From the IMG/VR virus record IMGVR_UViG_3300025646_000032, positions 6,029-70,028 of that record: a DNA stretch of 64,000 nt. One strand, 5' to 3'. Positions 57,098 through 64,000 of this stretch are shown one piece after another (position 1 is the stretch's first letter; the number at the start of each line of letters is the position of its first letter). The position numbers were made by a program, and so were the translations under genes. The notes beneath the pieces are model-generated. The model searched no databases. It had not been told where the DNA came from and saw nothing but the letters and a program-made list of their open reading frames with translations. This stretch comes from a virus.

Positions 57098-57418
57098 TCA
57101 TGCTCCAAAAATTGTTCGTAGTAATGAGCCAAACAACATAATACCAATAACGCCGTTTAGCAAGACAAGTGCTCTATCTTTCCACATAAAACCAACAACA
57201 AACCAACCCACTGCACCAACCCAACTTAAAAACACATCATACAGGTGAAGTTCGGGTACGTTTGAGCTTCGAATAGCAACAGCAAAAAGAACAGCAATAC
57301 TAGATATCCACTTAATATACCAGTCTACTGTTCCTTTTGGTGTTTGGCTTTTTTGAATTCGTTTGCTTTTTTCTAACTCTTCCTTAGAAAATTCGTTGGG
57401 TGCCATGCCATTACTCAT
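57098..57418 (-). CDS. Small membrane protein
   Basis: Three hydrophobic segments; DWYIKW, W.DRAL..LN. Confidence 0.7.
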   Translation of the reverse strand: MSNGMAPNEFSKEELEKSKRIQKSQTPKGTVDWYIKWISSIAVLFAVAIRSSNVPELHLYDVFLSWVGAVGWFVVGFMWKDRALVLLNGVIGIMLFGSLLRTIFGA

Positions 57419-57632
57419 CCACTTTTATAATAGGGGAAATTGTGCTAGTATCATTATAGTCACCAGTTTCAGTGTTATAACACCTTGTATGTGTTTCCTC
57501 CACCAAATAACCGTTTTTGTTTTTAATAATGACAGTTTTTCTTTTCAACACAACACCGTCTGTGCATTTTTCATTAATAGCGTCAGCATACGGACCTTCC
57601 AAATATTCCAATTTTCTAATTTTAATACTCAT
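57411..57632 (-). CDS. Hypothetical protein
   Basis: ORF with GGAG RBS in operon. Confidence 0.6.
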   Translation of the reverse strand: MSIKIRKLEYLEGPYADAINEKCTDGVVLKRKTVIIKNKNGYLVEETHTRCYNTETGDYNDTSTISPIIKVDE

Positions 57633-58023
57633 TTTCTTCTCCTTTTCTAAGCTTCTCAAGGCTTAGTTTATCTTTTAAACTCATTATATATGCCGCACCT
57701 GAAAGTATAAAAATAGCACCCGACTCTGCAACAAGAGTCAATGGTTCCATTTCTTTAGAGTGTAGCACGATTAGTCTACATAAAGCTGTCACAGCAATAA
57801 TAATTGGCAATGTAACAGGTATTCTGCTAGTACTGTAAAAAGCACCAACCATACCAATAACCTCAGCGTAAATAAACATCATGAACAAATCAGCAAGTGC
57901 TACATGCTGACTTAGGACCATATTGTAAACATACTGTCCCGCAGCAACAAAGGTTGCAATACCAATAATCGCTAAAAGTATTTTTTCTGCTATTAAGGTT
58001 GTCCAGTGTAGTTTATTCATCAT
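57622..58023 (-). CDS. psiE: Phosphate-starvation-inducible PsiE-family membrane protein
   Basis: LADLF..FIYAEV.GMV..FY...RIPV.LP.IIA.TAL.RLI. Confidence 0.85.
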   Translation of the reverse strand: MMNKLHWTTLIAEKILLAIIGIATFVAAGQYVYNMVLSQHVALADLFMMFIYAEVIGMVGAFYSTSRIPVTLPIIIAVTALCRLIVLHSKEMEPLTLVAESGAIFILSGAAYIMSLKDKLSLEKLRKGEENEY

Positions 58024-58379
58024 CCTCGCCTCATTCTTGCGATATCTTTCGCATGTTGTTCATCAATAACAGGCACCGCGTTGCTCTTGTGCATTGTAGC
58101 GATACCTTTGATAAGGGTTCCAGTATATTTCATTGGTTCTTTTTTTGTGCCGTTGCCTCCATTTTGTGTGAAGGTTCCTTCGGCAATTTGTCGCTCCATC
58201 ATAGAAGGATATTTTTCTCTATGATCATCTCCGCGATATGAAGGTGAGGGTTTTAGCTCTGTAAACGTCCTGGTTGTTGGTTTAGCAAACACCTGTGTGT
58301 TTTCTTTAAATTTTTTCTTACGGCGCTTTCTTCCGTGTGCGTCATAACGTAGTGAGCCGGAAAAGTTCATGTAAGCCAT
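58020..58379 (-). CDS. Conserved hypothetical phage protein
   Basis: YTGT..KGIATMHKSNAVPV..AKDIA.MRR. Confidence 0.7.
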   Translation of the reverse strand: MAYMNFSGSLRYDAHGRKRRKKKFKENTQVFAKPTTRTFTELKPSPSYRGDDHREKYPSMMERQIAEGTFTQNGGNGTKKEPMKYTGTLIKGIATMHKSNAVPVIDEQHAKDIARMRRG

Positions 58380-58467
58380 TATTATCCTTCCTTCTCTCTC
58401 ATAGAGATTTATAAGAGTTCAACTAAAGAAATACCGACCAATTTAACTAAAACGAGTCAATAGTTCT

Positions 58468-58512
58468 TATAAATAAGATGTATACTTTAACATGTATTGT
58501 TACGAATGTCAA
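58468..58512. promoter_or_regulatory. Late promoter TATAAATA (+, 58468-58475) facing a sigma70 promoter (-, TTGACA-17-TAAAGT)
   Basis: Motif matches in the divergent intergenic region. Confidence 0.6.
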
Positions 58513-58559
58513 GCATTTTTTGGGGGTGAAAAAAACTAATTAAATCAAAGGAAAACAAC

Positions 58560-59624
58560 ATGTTAAATAAGATTGCTCCAATGGTAGCAGCGGTACTTAT
58601 ATTAATGGGATCTGGTGTCCAAGCACAAGACGCTGAAAGTGGTAACACGACAACTAATGTAAACACGACTAATAATACCACTACAAACTCTACTAGTAAC
58701 AACACTAATACAAACACTAATAATAACACTAACACCAACAATACGACGGTGAATAGTACTAGTAACAATACCAATACTAACAATAATAACACAACCAGTA
58801 CTAGTACGTCAACTAATACTAACAACAATAATAACAATACTAATATTAACAGTACTAGTAACAATACAAACACGAACAACAATAACACCACTGTTAATAG
58901 CACTAGTAATAATACTAATACTAACAATAATACGAACACCAACAATACAACGGTGAATAGTACTAGTAATAATACTAATACAAATAACAACAATTCCAAC
59001 ATAAACTCTAATAGTACTAGTAATAATACAAATACTAATATTAATGAGTCTAATTCAAATAGTACTAGTAATAATACTAATAACAATTATAGTGAATCAG
59101 AATCTAATGTTACAACAGACAACACAAATAGAAACATAAACGAGTCTAGAAGTGAGTCTGTACAAACACAAAATATCAATCAAAAGATTGAATCTCCCCC
59201 TCCAAGTGCAATTGCTCCAAGCATAGGCAGTTCGTATTCACAGGATTTGTGTACGACTGGTGTGAGTGGTGCAATACAAACTCAAATACTGGGTTTATCA
59301 GCAGGAAAATCTGTAAGAGATATGAACTGTGAAAGAATTAAACTTAGTAAAACATTATATGATATGGGAATGCGTGTAGCAGCCGTATCAACAATGTGTC
59401 AAGATGAAAGAGTTTGGAAAGCAATGATGATGGCAGGAACACCATGTCCATTTGAAGGAAAAATTGGAGCCGATGCGTTGGCCGCTTGGCAAGAAAATCC
59501 AGAGTTAATTCCTGACAATGCTTTAGACGAAGTTTTAATAGAAGGCGAGGAGAAGAAATCAAATGTTTTGGAAAACATGCTTAAAGTGGCTGGCGGTATT
59601 GGCTTGCTGCTTCTTGCCCTATAG
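58560..59624 (+). CDS. Secreted Asn/Thr-repeat protein with Cys-containing C-terminal domain and hydrophobic tail
   Basis: Signal peptide (VQA-Q), NSTSNNTNTNNN repeats, PPPSAIAPS..DLC..CER..C..CP. Confidence 0.8.
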   Translation: MLNKIAPMVAAVLILMGSGVQAQDAESGNTTTNVNTTNNTTTNSTSNNTNTNTNNNTNTNNTTVNSTSNNTNTNNNNTTSTSTSTNTNNNNNNTNINSTSNNTNTNNNNTTVNSTSNNTNTNNNTNTNNTTVNSTSNNTNTNNNNSNINSNSTSNNTNTNINESNSNSTSNNTNNNYSESESNVTTDNTNRNINESRSESVQTQNINQKIESPPPSAIAPSIGSSYSQDLCTTGVSGAIQTQILGLSAGKSVRDMNCERIKLSKTLYDMGMRVAAVSTMCQDERVWKAMMMAGTPCPFEGKIGADALAAWQENPELIPDNALDEVLIEGEEKKSNVLENMLKVAGGIGLLLLAL

Positions 59625-61986
59625 TTTACAAGCAGAAGAAACTCAAGTAATGAATGGTGTCGATGACGGCACCGTTCATATTCAACTTGGTCACGTCTTT
59701 CCATATTACGGTGGAATCTTTACTGATGCCTGGATGTCTAGTAACGGTTTTATTCTATTATACGATCCTGTATCTCAGTTCGGAAATCCTAGCACTTACA
59801 ACGACGGGTGCTGTAGTGGTTTTAACCCTTCTGGTTATAACTATGCTGGAAACAGTTTTAGTTACATGCTTGCTCCTCTGTGGACTGACTTGATTCATAT
59901 CACTTCAGTACCAGACTCGGGTTACTTTTATGAAACAGGAGAAGGTGGTACATGGTTTGAGTGGCGCAATATTGCTGAATTTTATGACCCAGAAAATTTA
60001 AACACATTTGGTGTTCAGCTATGGCCTGATGGTTCTTTTGACTTTCAATACGCAAATGTGAACATAACAAACCACGATGTTTGGATCGGTTTCACTGGAG
60101 ACACAACGAGTCAAAGTGGAAATGTTTATGATGAAGTAAACGAATTGTTTTATAAGACTGCCAACGAAGGTGGCATGACAACACAACACGTCACTAACTT
60201 TACAGATGCTACAACCAACTTTGGTTATGCATGGTGGGGGCAAGACGGTGGTTACGATTCAGCTCCTGCTGGACCTGATTGCAGTAACCCACTAAACGAT
60301 CCATCGTGTGAAGGATATGATGACGCTTATTACTCTCAACAATGTGATGTAGATCCTTTATATGACACAGGCTGTCCTGGATACGAACAAGCATACTATG
60401 ATCAACAATGTAGTATAGACTCTTTGTATGATCCTGGTTGTCCTGGATACGAACAAGCATACTACAACCAGCAGTGTCAAAACTCGCCGTTGTATGACAG
60501 TGGTTGTCCGGGATATGAAGAAGCATATTACGCACAACAATGTACAGAAGATCCTTTGTATGATAGTGGCTGTCCAGGTTACGAAGAAGCGTTTTACAAC
60601 TATTCTTGTGGATTAGATCCTTTGTATGACAGTGGTTGTCCAGGATATGAACAAGCATACTTCAATCAACAGTGTGATTTAAATCCTCTTTACGATCAAG
60701 CGTGTCCAGGTTATCAAGTAGCATACGATGCTTTATTATTTGCTGAGGCTTGTTCGGCAGATCCTTTGTATGACACTGGTTGTGACGGTTATGAAGAAGC
60801 ATTAGCAATACAAATGGCAAACGAACAAACAGAAACAATTATAGAAGAAAGTATAACAGAGGAAGAGGACTTTGGTTACCAAGAAGAAACGTTCACTGAA
60901 ACTTATACTGGAGAAGAGGATTTTGTAGATGACGGCATTCCAGACTTTACTACACCAGAAGTTTTAAATGCAGTAGAAGAAACTATTGTAGAACCAGTAG
61001 TAGAAGTAGCTGCGGTTGAAGAAGAAATTTTTGTAGAGGAGATGGTGTTACAAGAAGAGTCACCAACAGATGTTTTTGAAGAAATTTTTGAAGAGCCTGT
61101 AGTAGAGGATGTGTATTTTGAAGAAGAAATTACACAGGTGGAAGAGGAAGTGAGTATTATAGAAGAAGAATTACCCATATCCGAAGAAATTGAATCAGTA
61201 GAAGAAATAGCAGTTAGTAACGAGGATGAAAAAAGAACAATACGAACAGAAAAACAAACACGTTTATTGGCTATTGTGACAGAGGTAATTGCTGAGACAG
61301 TACAACAAGCACAGGGTAATACAAATTCTGCTCAAGAAACAGAGGATTTTGGCGACGGAACACCTGAAATTGGCGTTGAAAATGTTGATTTTAGTGTAGA
61401 AACTGAACAAAATGAAAATGAGAGTACTAGCACACTACTTGCAGGAGAGGAAACCTCAGAAATCAGTGTTTCTGATACTAGCCTACAAAGTGAGAGTGGC
61501 GAAACTGTTGAAGAAACAGTAGAGAGCCTTACATTTAATGAACAAACAGTACAATTTGAAAACGATTTAACAGAATCTTTGGCAACTGGACAAAGTTTGG
61601 GGCAATTCCTAAGTGGGGTACAACCAGATTTTGGCAAATTTGATGTTGCACCGCCTGCTCCCCAAGAGCAAAAGCAAATGGCAAGGGCAGAACAGGCACT
61701 ATCAAGCATGTCACAAGAAGAAATAGAGGAAACGTTAAAAGAGAACGTGGAATCTAACCAAGATGACGGTGGTTTTGATACCGATCAGAGACTGACACTG
61801 GTTATAATGGGCTACAATCCAAATTTTGGCCAGTATAATACAGTTTTAACTGACAACCAAGCCTGGTATGTAGATAGAGGCATATACAAAGGTAAGGCAG
61901 TTCACGATAATATGAGGAGAAATATTAACCTACTACTAGGCAGTGATGCAAAACATAAGGCACTAGTAGACTTACAATACGACTAA
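59563..61986 (+). CDS. Secreted protein with nidogen-like domain, Cys repeats and acidic stalk
   Basis: Signal peptide; FPYYG..MSSNG..APLWTDL; CxxDPLYDxGCPGYExAY repeats; E-rich region. Confidence 0.8.
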   Translation: MFWKTCLKWLAVLACCFLPYSLQAEETQVMNGVDDGTVHIQLGHVFPYYGGIFTDAWMSSNGFILLYDPVSQFGNPSTYNDGCCSGFNPSGYNYAGNSFSYMLAPLWTDLIHITSVPDSGYFYETGEGGTWFEWRNIAEFYDPENLNTFGVQLWPDGSFDFQYANVNITNHDVWIGFTGDTTSQSGNVYDEVNELFYKTANEGGMTTQHVTNFTDATTNFGYAWWGQDGGYDSAPAGPDCSNPLNDPSCEGYDDAYYSQQCDVDPLYDTGCPGYEQAYYDQQCSIDSLYDPGCPGYEQAYYNQQCQNSPLYDSGCPGYEEAYYAQQCTEDPLYDSGCPGYEEAFYNYSCGLDPLYDSGCPGYEQAYFNQQCDLNPLYDQACPGYQVAYDALLFAEACSADPLYDTGCDGYEEALAIQMANEQTETIIEESITEEEDFGYQEETFTETYTGEEDFVDDGIPDFTTPEVLNAVEETIVEPVVEVAAVEEEIFVEEMVLQEESPTDVFEEIFEEPVVEDVYFEEEITQVEEEVSIIEEELPISEEIESVEEIAVSNEDEKRTIRTEKQTRLLAIVTEVIAETVQQAQGNTNSAQETEDFGDGTPEIGVENVDFSVETEQNENESTSTLLAGEETSEISVSDTSLQSESGETVEETVESLTFNEQTVQFENDLTESLATGQSLGQFLSGVQPDFGKFDVAPPAPQEQKQMARAEQALSSMSQEEIEETLKENVESNQDDGGFDTDQRLTLVIMGYNPNFGQYNTVLTDNQAWYVDRGIYKGKAVHDNMRRNINLLLGSDAKHKALVDLQYD

Positions 61987-61997
61987 AGGAGAACAAA

Positions 61998-62459
61998 GTG
62001 GCAGAAATAGAAATTGGAGATATGAAAGTATCTGGCAGTAAAATGCTTCTTATACTTCCTTTGATAGGCACACTTGCAGGCGCATTATGGGGAGGCTTTG
62101 AAGTTTATCAAAGACTTTTAGATGCTGAAGAAGCGATTGTGAATTATGTTGAGCCAGATCTATCTGGCATCGAACAAAAACTTGAAGTTATCAATACAGA
62201 GATTACACTACTTAATGAACAGTATGCAAAAGAACTTGACGATATGAATGATCGTATTCGTAGCGTTGAGAGTTTAGCAAGAACAGTAGATAGCACATCT
62301 GCTGATACCCAAAGGGACGTAAGAAATACAGTATACGAACTTGAACAAAGAGTTAACGACGGGCTAAGAGAAATCGAAGCCGAAGTTAGGGGGGTTAGAA
62401 AAGAGCTTGATGAGAAAATTGAGCGCATTCTTGATAACCCATTAAATAACGAAGACTAA
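61998..62459 (+). CDS. Membrane-anchored coiled-coil protein
   Basis: GTG start with GGAG; TM segment ending LWGGFE; coiled coil; LDNPL end. Confidence 0.75.
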   Translation: MAEIEIGDMKVSGSKMLLILPLIGTLAGALWGGFEVYQRLLDAEEAIVNYVEPDLSGIEQKLEVINTEITLLNEQYAKELDDMNDRIRSVESLARTVDSTSADTQRDVRNTVYELEQRVNDGLREIEAEVRGVRKELDEKIERILDNPLNNED

Positions 62460-62476
62460 GTACAAGGAGGTACCAC

Positions 62477-62608
62477 ATGGAATTAGTAATCGTAGTAGTT
62501 TTAGCCTTAGGAGCATTTTTTGTTCTACAGGGTTTTAGAGCTAAAAACAAAAAAAGAAACGATATCCCAGGAGGGGGTAAAGTTTCTAAAGGTTCCTCGA
62601 AGAAGTAA
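62477..62608 (+). CDS. Small single-pass membrane protein (43 aa)
   Basis: AGGAGG RBS; MELVIVVVLALGAFFVLQGFRAKNKK... Confidence 0.65.
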   Translation: MELVIVVVLALGAFFVLQGFRAKNKKRNDIPGGGKVSKGSSKK

Positions 62609-62614
62609 CCTTAT

Positions 62615-62642
62615 CGATAGCCCCCTATTATAGGGGGTTATC
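62615..62642. terminator. Hairpin between convergent genes
   Basis: GATAGCCCCCTA-TTA-TAGGGGGTTATC. Confidence 0.6.
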
Positions 62643-63386
62643 TTTGATCCACTCAAAAATAAATTTTGATAATTGATTATTACCAGCACTGTTAGGATGA
62701 TGATCAGTTTCGCTAATATATAAACCCTTCCTCAATCCACCTGGAATGCTGCTTTTAGGATCAAAAAAATCACCAACTACCATAATATTTCCTGAATCAT
62801 AATCACCTGCAATCCAATTAAAAGAGTCTGAAAGAATCTTTGTTCTTTGTGTTGAGAAATATTTGAATGTATTGTAGTTCATATAATATACATCTACACC
62901 GTATTTTTTAAAGATAGCATCTATAGCGTATATTTGTTGGAGATAGGTATAAAACTCATATGTTTCGTTCCATACAGGTATACGAGCCTCCATCAGCTGT
63001 ATTGCCAGTTTCTTATGTGGAGGAGTATCATCATTATTTTTCATTAGCCGATCTGTTATATGATCAATCCAGTTTTTTTCATCATATGTTCTTGAATGTG
63101 TTGGTATATGATCAATCCATTTTGCTTCTACTTCATCATATGTTTCAAAACGCAGAGGATTTGTAAGTTGAATAACTGCTAAAGCATTTGATGGGTTTTT
63201 TGTTCGAAAGTATTCTTCTGTTTTACGAAAGATTGTATAATTAGATCCCCCACCGTGGCCGTTGTTAACAAGATTTTTGATACCCATACGCCGCTGGAGG
63301 TAATACGGCCATGTTTTCTCAAGACTTAAAGGACGGTGCCATGTAAAACTGCATCCAGCAGCGTATAGGGTATCGTATTTTTTCAC
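62628..63386 (-). CDS. SGNH/GDSL-like protein
   Basis: AGCSFT, N.G.GGGSN, D.HPN..G. Confidence 0.65.
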   Translation of the reverse strand: MKKYDTLYAAGCSFTWHRPLSLEKTWPYYLQRRMGIKNLVNNGHGGGSNYTIFRKTEEYFRTKNPSNALAVIQLTNPLRFETYDEVEAKWIDHIPTHSRTYDEKNWIDHITDRLMKNNDDTPPHKKLAIQLMEARIPVWNETYEFYTYLQQIYAIDAIFKKYGVDVYYMNYNTFKYFSTQRTKILSDSFNWIAGDYDSGNIMVVGDFFDPKSSIPGGLRKGLYISETDHHPNSAGNNQLSKFIFEWIKDNPL

Positions 63387-63853
63387 GATTTAAACTTCAA
63401 ACTTAATTGCCCGTCGTCGGTAGTATAACCACCCGTGACAATGTCGTTATGTGTATTCCAGAGATCAACATCACCTGAGTCCATAGTAAACTTTACAGCG
63501 TTTGTTGTATCCCACGTTCCGTCATTGAAGTCATAAGAGACGTTCACTGTATAGTCGGAATTTGATTCCGGATATTCTTGGTATGAAGGATCTACACCCG
63601 TCCATACTGTTTCTTCGGTTTCTTCTGGGGTATGATATTCGTTTAGTTGATATGCTTGACAAAACGTATCTTCAAGACGATCAAAACGCATCTCATAAAG
63701 CTCTTTCATTCCTAGCAGAATGTTTGCAATACGATCAACTGTCTCGGCAGGCATGTCAAACTTATCACATACGTTCTCATACAACATATCAATATCATCG
63801 ATAATGTTGCGACAATACATGATGTCTTGTTCCAAGTCAAAGCGATCTTTCAT
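63383..63853 (-). CDS. Hypothetical protein
   Basis: DRFDLEQ.IM.C..I.DDI..N.LLG..LY..RF N-terminal domain; GAGG RBS. Confidence 0.7.
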   Translation of the reverse strand: MKDRFDLEQDIMYCRNIIDDIDMLYENVCDKFDMPAETVDRIANILLGMKELYEMRFDRLEDTFCQAYQLNEYHTPEETEETVWTGVDPSYQEYPESNSDYTVNVSYDFNDGTWDTTNAVKFTMDSGDVDLWNTHNDIVTGGYTTDDGQLSLKFKS

Positions 63854-63958
63854 TAGGATATTCCTCTTTTGTGAATTGTTTACAAGGCTCCGAGTGTCAT
63901 CATTTGTATATAATACGGAGCCAGCACTTCAGGATAAAGCAAATTATATACAAAAGAC

Positions 63959-63987
63959 ATTATAGTTAATATTCCTATCAATGTCAA
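63959..63987 (-). promoter_or_regulatory. Consensus sigma70 promoter
   Basis: TTGACA-17 nt-TATAAT. Confidence 0.75.
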
Positions 63988-64000
63988 GCCGATTTTAATT

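Noticed and set aside
58487-59086. 199 aa Leu/Val-rich ORF on the minus strand
   Set aside because: Antisense shadow of the Asn/Thr repeat gene
60270-60800. 66-bp periodic repeats as a CRISPR array
   Set aside because: In-frame coding repeats with synonymous variation and no unique spacers

Overview
This 64 kb window is part of an AT-rich T4-like myophage genome, probably marine and infecting a proteobacterium. From left to right it holds: tail-fibre and accessory virion genes; a glycosyltransferase/methyltransferase/2OG-oxygenase cluster beside a Tyr-Gly repeat virion protein; the baseplate and tail block (VrlC-like, gp8, gp7, gp6, gp25, gp5, gp27, gp53, gp48, gp4, gp2, gp54, gp26/gp51, tape-measure-like); two tRNAs; gp32, gp59 and gp33; a circularly permuted tmRNA; phoH and psiE; a radical SAM/carbamoyltransferase/SGNH/epimerase cluster; and a late secreted-protein operon. 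Three observations stand out. (1) A phage-encoded two-piece tmRNA (tag ANDEVFALAA) whose intervening segment encodes a Bfd-like CxC..CxxC mini-protein. (2) A probable -1 frameshift (T TTT TTC) joining gp26 to gp51 directly before the tape-measure-like gene. (3) A candidate virion-modification system. All calls come from reading motifs and synteny by eye; no database searches were run.
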